Assembly (NCBI RefSeq): GCF_036321535.1
Contig: NC_087436.1
Location: forward strand, 117,430,001 to 117,494,000
DNA from: Camelus dromedarius
Lineage: Eukaryota
Direction of reading: 5' to 3'
Length of the DNA: 64,000 nt
The translations under genes were made by a program, and so were the position numbers. Shown here one piece after another: positions 36,839 to 47,636 of the stretch; the stretch's first letter is position 1; the number at the start of each line of letters is the position of its first letter. Under the pieces are notes generated by a model. That model ran no database searches. It saw only the letters and a list, made by a program, of their open reading frames with translations, and was not told where the DNA came from.

Positions 36839-37829
36839 AGTTCATTGTTGTCCTCATCTGTGAAATGAGGCCAGTAGTGTGTAGTTTCTCTCTAACAGTT
36901 ATTCTGAGAATTAAATGAGTTAATATGTGTAAAGGGCTTAGAATAGTGCCTGGCACAGAGGAAATGTTTGATAAATATTTTTATTATTTGTGACTAGGCA
37001 CATGATATGTTATTGTTTATAGCTATTATTCATAGGACACGTAATAAATATAGGACACCAATTCTTTTTGTGGAGCTTTTTATTATCTTATTGGGGAGGT
37101 ACAGGATTGACATCATGAAGCAATTAGAGAACTATACTGAGTAATATAGAATAGTTACAGTTTTTATAGTCAGAGTAAATTGTGGAATGTTCATAATTTG
37201 GCATGCCACTTCTAAATAGCTAGACAATATCTAATGTAGATTCAGAGTATTTGCTGTATTTTAACATTTAAGTCTTTGGAGGAAGGTTTTGTGTTGTTTT
37301 TAATGTTCTTTTTCTCAAGGGCATGGGCTCCAGGACTTAGGAACCAGGATTTAAGTCCTGGCTTTGGAACACAGCAGTTTTACAATCTTGGGTGAGTTAA
37401 ACTCCTCATTTCGTAATTTCCTCACTTGTAAAATGATAATAGGATTCTTGTAGCACTTTTTGAGTTGATGGATAGAATATGCTTAGCACAGTGCCCAGCC
37501 TGTAGTAAGTCATCAGTAAATGATAGCTCATAGTAATGAACCAAGAAGCCTTTTGTGTTCAGGCAGCCATGGGGCAGGGACAGTAACTGGTCACTTAGTC
37601 GTTTGGGTGTTCAACACCCTTGAGGATTCAGCTCTGGGGACAGTGCCCGTCATCTGACATAATGCTCCCCTTTCCTTGTTTGTTTGGGGTAATATATCCA
37701 CTCCCAGTGCTTCCGCGTTGCTCTTTGTAGATGATGTCATCTCTGAATCCCACCCGAATCTCACACCAAGAGATCATGCCAGTTCCCCAGACTCTACATA
37801 TCAGAAACTGAGGTTTCCAGGCAGAAATA

Positions 37830-38660
37830 GAGGAATCAGGATAAGGGGGTGAGATGATGGGAGGTGAGTGTTGGAGACTCTGAGCTGAGGGGGTCATACA
37901 GTTAGAGGTGTTTAGCAGAAAGCTGGACATTTGGAAGTGGTGGTTGAAGCTAAACCTGCAAATTTAGGAGTTGTCTGCTTAGAGCAGATGAAGGCCAAAA
38001 ATAGATGTGGTTGTCAAGGGAAAGAGAAGAGGGCCCAGGTGCTGACTCTTAAGGGACAGGAACACTTGGGGGGCTCGCAGAGGAAGAAGTACAGTGTAGA
38101 GAAGGAACAGATCAGGACAGAGAAAACCAGAAGTGGGCTGCACAGGGAAGGATTTCAGGACGGAGGTGAGCAGGCTGCTCCACCACCTGTCGCAGGAAAG
38201 CTGGGCAGGATGGGACTGAGGGCAGCACCGTGGGAAAGTCTGTCTCAGCGCAGCGATTGGGCAGCAGGGCTGTAAGGTGGAAGGGAAGCAGGGTGTTGTG
38301 TGGACTGCTGAAAGAGGGGCCTCTGATGACAACGTGTACCTAGGGAGAGGTTTGTTTTGCTTTTTTCCCACATGGGATGATCTTGGTGTGTTAGGGGATG
38401 GGTGAGCCGGTGGAGGACAGAGTTGGGTAATGATGGAGGGAAGTCCTAGAGGAGACGGGAAGGGAAGTTAAGGAGAAGGCACACTTCATCCTATGAGGCT
38501 GAAGGGATTGAGGGGGAGAGGTGAGGGGGAAATCTGAAACTGAAAAAAGAATTTAAAGGCAGTCAGGTTATAGCAAGTTACCCATGGGCTCAGCCTTCTT
38601 AGTGAAATCAGGATCATGGTCATTTGCATGGAAGAGAGGTGGTGGGAATGAGGAGAAGGG
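37830..38660 (-). mobile_element. L2 fragment
   Basis: Purine-rich degenerate antisense L2 body (gtcatacagttagaggtgtttagcagaaagctggacatttgg...aaatttaggagttgtctgcttagagcagatg). Confidence 0.55.
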
Positions 38661-40399
38661 AAAGGATGTAGGAGAGCGCTTGTGGGGAGCGTAGAGCGGG
38701 AGGAAACAGGAAACTAACCGTCATTAACCAGCCACAGAGCAAGCGTGTGCAGAGCAGCGAGCGTTTCAGCGGTGGAGCGTCTGCTGTGTGCCAGGCGAAG
38801 AGGAGTCAGATGGTACCCTCAGAACTCACAGCAGAGTGGGAGACACAAGGACAAGCTGAGGCATAAGGACAGGTCATCTTACTGAAGTGTGTGTGCAGTA
38901 AGGTTGCAGAGGAGTGACCCCAGGGCAGACTTGAGGAGGGAACTGTGGGGAAGAAGGAATGTGACAGGAAAGGCGTCAGATGACAGCTCGGCTGATCCCT
39001 GGTGGGGGAGTGGGCGTTATCCAGAAGGTGGGAGAGTCAGACATAAATAAAGTCTTCCCAGGACAGGAAGTGTCAGAACCAGAGGCTTTTTAGGAGAGAG
39101 CACAGCAGAGGTCTGCAGTCCACCTGCTTCAGAATCACCTGGTTGCTTACAATGCAGAGGCCCCCGGACACTGCATTTTCTCAGGCTCTCCAGGTGTCCC
39201 TCCTAGATAACGTTTGTTGACTACATCATATATGCCAGATGCATTTATTTCTAAATGATCATGTGGGTTCTCACAATTATCTCAATAACCTGTGAAATAG
39301 GATGAGGGAAGTCGGGCAGTGAGTAGTGGGCGGGGGCTCCAGCGCTGGTTAGGAGCTCGGCTCCCTTGGGGAGCTGCAGGTAGTTTATTTGGGCTGGCAC
39401 ACCTGGGAGTGACAGGAGACAAGGCTAATAATAATACTAACAGTAATAATACTGCTAATAGTAAAGTAGAGGCCATGTTAACAAGCTTAGATTCTTCATG
39501 GTTTAGAGACTTTTTCAGTCATGCTTAGGTACTGAGGATGAAAGCAAATAAAGCAGATAATGGCTTTTTAGTTTTTAATACCAACATCCATAGTCTCATC
39601 CCAGTCTGACCTCATTTCTCCCCACTTTTCCTCTTCCCAAAACCATCTCTGACTAGACTGAGCTCCTGAACATCAGAGCCCACGGTTTAGCTCATCGAGC
39701 ATCCAGCTCGGACTGTTTTGCTTGGCTGTTTGTCGTGTGCTTTTGTGTGTGTTTCCTCCCCTAGAACTGAAGCTTCTGGAGGGTGGGAGCCTGGAGGCTT
39801 TGCTGACCTTTGTGGCCCTGGAGCCTGGCGCACAGTCGTCAGCAAATGGATGCTGAATGATGAAACTCTCCGTATCTGCATAATGGCTTCCCTCTCACTC
39901 GGATTCAAAGTCAAGGTTCTTAAGAGGCTCTGCAGGGCTCTTCGTCTGACCCGCTGCATGTCTTTCCCCTCTGCTCCTCTCCCCTTCCTGAGAAGTCATG
40001 TCCTACCACGCCCTGGGCTTCAGCCACACACTCAGCTCCTGCCTCCGATCTCACACATGCCAGTATTTCTGCCCCCAGTGCGTTCGGTCCCTGCTAGAGT
40101 AGTGCCTTGTCAGAGTCACGAGGGGGCGAGTGAGTGGACATGCTGCTTTGCGATACGTCTTTAATCATTGTCTAGTGGTGGTGGTTAATTTATTTTGGCT
40201 TGTACCTTGTCTCCCCAAATAGGTTCTTAATTTTCCTCAGCTTCTAATTCAGTGCTCCGTATACAGATGCTCAATATTGGTTTGATCTTGTCCTGTTGGG
40301 CTTTTTTCTAACCTCGTGAGAGTTTATGTCTGTGTCTTTCAGTGAAGTGATCTAAGTAGAGGTGAGAGAGGTGCACATAGTATTAGCACGGTCATAGCC

Positions 40400-40588
40400 T
40401 AGATCTGCAGTGTCAAGTACGGTGACTGTTAACGTATAAATTAAATTGAACGTGCGGTTCCTCCTGCGCACTCATCACACTTCCAGGGCTCAGTGGCCTC
40501 ACGTGGCTCATGGCGACTGCGCTGAGCAGTGCAGAGAAGGAGTGTGTCCGTCACTGCAGATGATTCTGTCGAACAGCATTGGTCTAGA
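40400..40588. mobile_element. MER3-like hAT-Charlie fossil
   Basis: ttcctcctgcgcactcatcacacttccagggctcagtggcctcacgtggctcatggcgactgcgctg...tcactgcagatgattctgtcgaacagcattg. Confidence 0.65.
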
Positions 40589-40741
40589 TGCTCAAGAAGC
40601 GATTTTTTGTTTGTTTGTTAAAACTGTTGAGACAGGGAATCATGACAGTGAACCACAGATCAGCTGCTGAGCTTCCCGTCATGGCGTCGAGAGTCACCAT
40701 GGATCCACGTTCTTTGTCGTAGGTCTCCTGGATGCTTGAGC

Positions 40742-40893
40742 ATGGACCCAGTTGTTACTCACAGCTGCCACCTCCTCCAGCAGCTGCACGAGCAGCGCAT
40801 TCAGGGCCTGCTCTGCGACTGCATGTTGGTGGTGAAAGGAGTCTGCTTTAAAGCACATAAGAACGTCCTGGCAGCTTTCAGCCAGTACTTCAG
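40742..40893 (+). CDS. ZBTB49: Zinc finger and BTB domain-containing protein 49, coding exon 1 (N-terminal half of BTB)
   Basis: Acceptor tctttgtcgtag| at 40722; ATG at 40742 in strong context (gagcATGG). Encodes [50 protein letters not shown](R). Donor CAG|GTACG; 152 nt. Confidence 0.97.
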
Positions 40894-41716
40894 GTACGCG
40901 CTCTCGACTCTGTTCCTCTGGTCGTACGGAGGGAACGCTCTTCTAGCGTGGCGCTATCCTGCCTGGACTTTATTTTCTCCTTGGATTTCACTCTCTTTGT
41001 CTTTTGTAACACATTGTGGCCTTTTTCTTTTGTATTTAAAGTCACCTGAGAGGAAAAGAGCCATTTAACTAAAATATATTAGGGGTGATTGAAAGTATTT
41101 TGGCACTTTGTCTTTGATTTTAATAGTTCTAATGAATGTTAGTCTTAGATATACCTTTCTTAGCCTTTCGGGATAAAAGGTTGAGGAATCGAATTTCTGG
41201 TAGGAACGTTTCTGGGATGAGTACTCACAGAGGGGGAACATCTTGTATGCTATTTTTTTTTCTTTTAATTAAAACATTTTAGTTTTTGTTTCCCATTTGC
41301 CTATTCTAAGAAAACAGGTTTGAATTTAATTTACCTATCCCTGTAATCATTTTTGCCTCAATGGAAGATTTACTTATAAATGATAATATTAAGCAATAGT
41401 ATATCATTTATTTTTAACATTAGCGTTAAGTGTTCTACAAACATTTTCTGATTAACTAGATTTATCTCACTAAGCACTAAAGTGCTGTTTTCAGTACCTT
41501 TCTTTCCCTAAAGCGGAACAGGATTTAATCTTTCCGTGACAATCCTGAATGATCGGTTTGAAGCTCAGCTGTCACATGTGCTGCAGGTCGTGTGGATCTG
41601 CTCGCTCAGGTCGGCAGTGCTTCTTGCCCCTGTGCAGGGTGGTCCCATCCCTGGGCTTTGCCGTTTCTTCTGTCTTCACAGGACAATTTGGTCGAGATGT
41701 GGTGATAAACTGGCTA

Positions 41717-41811
41717 TTTTTTTTTTAATGGAGGTACTAGGTGTTGAGCCCAGGACCTCGTGCATGCTAGGCATGCGCTCTCCCCTTGAGCCATAGCCAC
41801 CCACCCCCACA
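41717..41811 (-). mobile_element. tRNA-Ala-derived camelid SINE (short-tail variant)
   Basis: ttttttaatggaggtactaggtgttgagcccaggacctcgtgcatgctaggcatgcgctctcc; flanks tggcta(t/g)tttt resemble a TSD. Confidence 0.82.
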
Positions 41812-42044
41812 TTGGCTAGTTTCAGTTTTCCCCGCCCTACTTCTGATTTGTACTTTCCTTAAGTAAGAACAGAACTGAAGACTATTTGGAGGAAGCATTT
41901 GATAAAATGTCTTTAACAAACTTGCAAGAGAACTTACCTCACTCAGCCATTAATTTATAGTCTCTCTCACTGCTGGCTTATGGACCATTGGGTTGCTAAA
42001 AAACCTCAGACAGCCAGATAAATTACTGCTTACAAAATGAGTAT

Positions 42045-42300
42045 TTATCAAGTACCTAGAGACAGAAAGTAGAATGGTGGTCACCAGGGGCTGAGGGGCT
42101 CGGGAGAATGGGAGTTATAGTTTAATGGGTATAAGGTATAGAGTTTCTGTTTGGGATGATGAAAAGTTTCTAGAATTGGGTAGTGGTGATGGTTGCACAA
42201 CTATATGAATGTACTCAATGCCACTGAATTTATCATATGAACCATAGTCAAGTGTTTGACATGTATGTTTTGCCACAATTAACAAATTAAAGTTTTAAAA
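42045..42300 (+). mobile_element. Old L1 (L1MB-like) 3' end
   Basis: gagacagaaagtagaatggtggtcaccaggggctg...gtttctgtttgggatgatgaaaagtttctag...tgaatgtactcaatgccactgaa. Confidence 0.8.
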
Positions 42301-42360
42301 AATGAATATATATCTAGGATTGTTTTATTAAAGCTATTTTTATTTTCAGACTTTTTAAAA

Positions 42361-43103
42361 AATTTTACTGAGTCGTAGTCGGTTTACAATGTTGTGTCAA
42401 TTTCCAGTGTAGAGCACAATTTTTCAGTTATACACGAACATACATATATTCATTGTCACTTTTTCACCATGAGCTACCACAAGTTCTTGTATATATTTCC
42501 CTGTTGCTATACAGTATAATCTTGTTTATCTATTCTATATATACCTGTCAGTATTTACAAATTTCAAACTCCCAATCTGTCCCTTCCCACCCCCTTCCTC
42601 CTTGGCAACCACATGTTTGTATTCTATGTCTATGAATCTGTTTCTGTTTTATATTTATGTTCATTTGTCTTTTTCTCTTCTTTTTTTTTTCCAGACTTTT
42701 TAAAATTTTGTTTTTTGTTGAAGTGTAGTTGATGTACAATGTTAATTTTAGGTGTACAGCAAGGTGATTCAGTTATACATATACATACATATATTTTTTC
42801 AGATTTTTTCCCTTATATGTTGTAAGAAATTAAATATAGTTCTCTGTGCTATACAGTAGGTCCTTGATTTTATCTATTTTATACATAGTACTGTGTGTTT
42901 GTTAATCCCAACTCCTAATTTAATCTTCCCTCGCCCTTTCCCCTTTAGTAACCATAGTTTTCTATGTCTATAAGTCTATTTTCGGTTTATAAATAAGATT
43001 TGTATAATTTTTTTTTATATTTCATATATAAGTGATATCATATGATATTTGTCTTTCTGTGTCTGACTTACTTCACTTAAAATGATAATCTCTAGGTCCA
43101 TCC
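42361..43103 (-). mobile_element. Two antisense artiodactyl-type L1 3' ends, the younger (42361-42691) inserted at the tail of the older (42706-43103)
   Basis: Both show L1 3' UTR text (tccctgttgctatacagta / tctctgtgctatacagtaggtccttg). 14-bp duplication cagactttttaaaa at 42347-42360 and 42692-42705. Confidence 0.85.
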
Positions 43104-43546
43104 TTTTCAGATGTTTTTAAGATACTTAGATATGGAAATGTTGTTGCATGTGTTTTATGGCCTGAGATCTATAACTTGTCAGACTAAACATGAAATATTA
43201 AAAAATGTGTATTCTTTAGTTTTCTATATTCTTATCTGTATGCAATTAATAATACACATGGATAACTACATTTTAAAAAAAAAGAGCAATGAGTATGTTT
43301 CAGAATTTTACTTTGAGATTTACTTGGAAGTTTGGATATTCAACATGCTAATTTAATTCATCTGGATTGCTTTATTGGATGTCTTATCAAAATTTTCCAA
43401 AGGATGAAAGCAGACTTAATTTTAAAATCCTGGCATTTATAGAAGCATAGTAATTATAAATGTTAACATGAATATTATTCATAAGAAAAAGCTATCAGAA
43501 TGTATTCCTTGTTAGCACTGTAAGCACATATCCTTTCTTTTATCAG

Positions 43547-44649
43547 GAGCCTCTTTCAGAATTCTTCAGGCCAGAAGAATGATGTTTTTCACCTGGATAT
43601 TAAAAATGTCAGTGGCATTGGGCAGATCCTGGACTTCATGTACACATCTCATCTCGATCTTAACCAGGACAACATACAAGGAATGCTGGACATAGCACAG
43701 TGTTTGCAGGTTCAAAACGTTCTGCATCTGTGTCACACATTTTTAAAGTCAGCCACTGTAGACCAGCCACCTGTCCTGCCTTGTAACAGCGCGTTCTCCC
43801 TGCAGGGCACTTTGGCTCCCGACACTAATTGTGTTATCAGTGAAAACTATCCGCCCCATTTGCTGCAGGAGTGTTCAGCAGGTGCTCAGCAGAGTAAAGC
43901 TTTGGACGAATCACATTCTCACGCTCCATCGTCACTTAGTCTTCATCATTCCACAGCTGAAACATCCAAACAAGCCCCTGAGACACTGGATGGCAGCTGT
44001 CCAGAACTGCCTTTCAAACAGCCAAACTATTACTACAAACTCAGAAACTTTTACAGTAAGCAATACTATAAGCAGACCTCTTGTCCCAGTCATGAGAGGG
44101 TCATCGAGCAGCCTTTCCCCTTCAGCGCATCCCCAGAGCTTCATGGCGCAGAACACCAGCCCTGTGCTGTCAGTCATTCCGAGTGCGTCCTGGAGTCCTC
44201 GGAGCACTTGCCTTCCAACTTCCTGGCCCCGCCTTTGAGTGACTCTGCCCCGGACCCTGAGTCAGACAACGCATACCAACAACCCACCAGACAGATGAGG
44301 CTCAAAAAGGCCATTCACCTTAGGAAGCTCAATTTCCTAAAGTCGCAGAAATCTGCAGAGCCAACATCTGAACCCAAATCAGATGACAGTTTAACAAAGA
44401 GGACAGAATCTGCTAACGAAGACAGTAGAGAAAAAGTGGACAGCCAAAGTGCTGAAGAAAAGGAAAGAGAAGAACTCATCAGTTCTGAGAGTTTTAATTG
44501 TGGGAATGAAATGGAGAGGCCGGAGGACCCTGCAGCCCTGGAAGACCAGTCCCAGACGCTTCAGTCACAGAGACAGTACGCGTGTGAATTGTGTGGAAAA
44601 CCTTTTAAACACCCAAGCAATTTGGAGCTTCACAAACGGTCTCATACAG
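43547..44649 (+). CDS. ZBTB49: ZBTB49 coding exon 2 (rest of BTB, linker, zinc finger 1)
   Basis: tttcttttatcag|...ACAG|gtacac; 1103 nt. Encodes SLFQNSSGQKNDVFHLDIKNVSGIGQILDFMYTSHLDLNQDNIQ...YACELCGKPFKHPSNLELHKRSHT. Confidence 0.97.
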
Positions 44650-45837
44650 GTACACTGATTCAGTCCCTGCAGGCAAAAGGAAAGGAAATAATGCAGACGG
44701 TCAGACACCACTGCCTGCGCCTGTTCTCGTAAGAAGTTTTGCTGTTGCTTGATGACGTCATTGGTAGTTACCCAAAAAGTCAAGGGGTGTTAACTATTTT
44801 TTGCTTTATATTTTTGGTGATGCCTCGTAAAGAATAATCTTAAGTTCTATAAATGCTTTCATGGAACCAGTTTCAAAAGATGGTACACTTTTCATTTTAA
44901 TGACAGTTTTATGTGATAAACTTTCCATCTCTAAAGTTTGGTGAGTTATTCTGATGCACTCAAATTTTCAAATTAATTATAAAACAGATAAGCAATATTA
45001 GTTTGCTGTTTAGAATTAGATTTTTTTGAAGCATAATGTAGGTTCATTCAGACTAAAGTAACTTAGTTTGAGTAATTCTGAAAGTTTTCTGGAAAGTAAT
45101 TTGAGTATCAAATTTTTTAAGTTGTCATTTGGGAGGCAGGAGGTGAACTTTTTAATACGGATCAGCTTTAGCCATTTGATATTTTCGAAGGAAATTTTTC
45201 CATTTGAACATTGAATTTTCAGTTTTACTACATTGATTTGTGTCTCCTCCCCTTCCCCAAAACTTTTTTTCCAAAAGCTTTTTACAAAGTGTTATACAAA
45301 CTTACATTACATGATACGATATATGTATATTACTTTCCTTCCTGCCCTGAAACATGATGACTCTAATAACACCATAAATTAATGGCAGTTACTTTATGGG
45401 CTTGAGAAGCAATATGTTACAGAATGCTTCTAAAATAACCTCTCTCCAGGTGCTCTGGGAATTGTGGTTATTAACGTGACGGTCTGTCAGCACTTCTGAC
45501 TCCCCGTTTGCTTAGGTGTTTACTACCTCGTTGTGTTAAGAGACTGAATTAATATTTATGAAATCTCTTTACAAATCTGTGTATTTGAATATGAAGTACT
45601 ACTATCATTATTAACTAGTATTAACTCAGTTTTTCCCTGAAAAAATTTAATTTAGGTCATTGTGTTTTCTTATATTTCCTGGAACCTAACGATCACTGTC
45701 ATTTTTATTTGAGAAACTTATTGGTTTAGCTTTAAAGGAAACAAAAACTGTTTATTCTGCAAGCACATCTTTGGGTAATAGTCATGGTACAGCTATGTGG
45801 CACAGATGCTCCTGGGATGTAAATACACTGAGAAGGG

Positions 45838-46160
45838 CAGCAGTTCTCAAAGTCTGGTCTGGGGCACCCTTTCAGGGGCTCAGGGAGGCCAGAGCTATTT
45901 GTATCATAGTGTAGGGTGTTAGTTGGCCTTTTCCTTCTCCCAAGAGTGTGCAGTGGAGTCAGCTAAAGGCTGCAGGGTGTGTGATGAGACTGTCACTCTG
46001 GTGGGCAATGAAAAATGTATACTTATATGTCAAAGATCACTCAGTCTTGATTTCTAATATGGCCTGTACCAACAGAGATAGCCCACATGAACAAAAGCTC
46101 TTTAGGACCCTCAATTGCTGAGTGTAAAGGCGTCCTGAGAGCAAAACATTTGAGAGCAGG
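45838..46160. mobile_element. hAT-Charlie DNA transposon fossil
   Basis: Ends cagcagttctcaaagtctggtc ... gtcctgagagcaaaacatttgagagcag resemble Charlie-type TIRs. Confidence 0.55.
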
Positions 46161-46315
46161 GTTATTAGCCCTGGCCACTTGAGAGTCTTAATAACTGGTG
46201 CCCTCTTTCTTCAGACTCTCCCCATGATGGTGACTTTAACATAACATAATCTGTTATCTCCATAATTTCAGACATAAGTGTAGTCCGAAATACAGAATCA
46301 ATATGATTATAATTG

Positions 46316-46522
46316 CAGTTGACCCTTGTAGGGCTTAGGGGCCCTGACCCCCTAAGCAGTCAGAATCCTAGTATAACTGACGGTCAGTTGCACACCAGTT
46401 CCTCCACATGGTGGGTTCGGCCAGCCTCAGACTGGGTAGTACTGTTGTAGCTTTACTGTGGAAGGGAGTCTGCATTTACGTGAACCCACGCAGTTCATAC
46501 CCTGTCGTTCAAGGATCATCTG
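46316..46522. mobile_element. Tigger2/MER8-like MITE
   Basis: TIRs cagttgacccttg ... caaggatcatctg followed by TA; internal ttaggggccctgacccc and gaacccacgcagttca. Confidence 0.7.
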
Positions 46523-46610
46523 TACTTGGGGTCGGAAGCCCCCCCCCCCCCCGGCACCCTTGAGGAAGCCATTAAACAGTTTCAGGAAGAGATCAAAATA
46601 AAAATACCCT

Positions 46611-46681
46611 AATTTGACACAACATTGTAAAATGATTATAAATCAATAAAAAATGTTAAAAAAATAAAATAAAAATAACTA
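46611..46681 (+). mobile_element. Very short, 5'-truncated L1 3' end
   Basis: aatttgacacaacattgtaaaatgattataaatcaataaaa plus A tail. TSD aaaataaaaa(t/c)accct at 46595-46610 and 46682-46697. Confidence 0.75.
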
Positions 46682-47589
46682 AAAATAAAAACACCCTGGT
46701 GGCAGCCCAGAAAGCTAGCAAACCCCGGCGATACAGTAGGAAGGGACACAGTCTTATTATTTTTTAAAAAGGATCTTAATGAAACCACGAGATTGGAGGA
46801 GGATGGGGACAATGGAAGGTTTTTGGTCCTTGCGGTCTTATTTATTAGGGTTCCGTAGGTTAAGGTGATACCTGAAGTGTGCTTTTAAACAGATCATTTT
46901 CTAGAGACTACTCAGAACTGCCATGGCTTCTTTGTAGCAGAGCTCCCTTCTCTACATCTATTACAGTGTAATTCTTCAGAGTTCCTCAAATCAGAGGGGG
47001 CTAAGCAGCTGGCGAGGGAGCGCATCCCACGCTGGGATCATGTTTCCCCCTTAGCGCGTTTCCGCCAAGGCTGAGAGGCGGTAGAGAGGCTTTTCCCCGT
47101 CACTCTTTCAGGAGGTCCTGCTCTGTTTCGGGCTGCCCCAGGTTCCTACCTCGTGTGGTATGAAGGAGTCACTTGGCTCAGTTCGAAATCGGTGGCAATT
47201 GGAGGAGTCAGACTGAAGGACAGGGGACTAGGTTCCTGCTGTTCAGCAAGAAAACTCAGATTTCATTTTCAGATGAAGGCAAAGGCTATGTCCAAACCTA
47301 AGTATGGTTTGAATGCAGATAAATTCATTTGATTTCAACACTGGTTTATATTGGAGGACAGGTGAAGTTTTTAGAGAAGAGTGAATATGGATCTCACTCT
47401 TCTCATCCAAGGGCGAGAGAGAGGACTACCAGGGCGCAGAGGCTCCTGTTTTCATAGCCTTTCAGTAACATGTGTAGTGCTCTGCTTTGACAGCCAGGAC
47501 CCAGGAGGCAGGTCTAAACATGTTAAACAGAAGATGATTGTGCAAAGATTGCTAATGATTTTACAAGTTGTTGTTTTGTTTTGTTTTAG

Positions 47590-47636
47590 GTGAGAAACCT
47601 TTTGAATGTAACATGTGTGGGAAACATTTCTCTCAG
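47590..47636 (+). CDS. ZBTB49: ZBTB49 coding exon 3 (first half of ZF2)
   Basis: ttgttttag|...CAG|gtggga; 47 nt; encodes (G)EKPFECNMCGKHFSQ. Confidence 0.96.

Noticed and set aside
40894..41068. Read-through extensions of ZBTB49 exons into introns (also 44650-44732) as alternative C-termini
   Set aside because: Good donors end each exon, the extensions look like intron sequence, and I saw no adjacent canonical poly(A) signal
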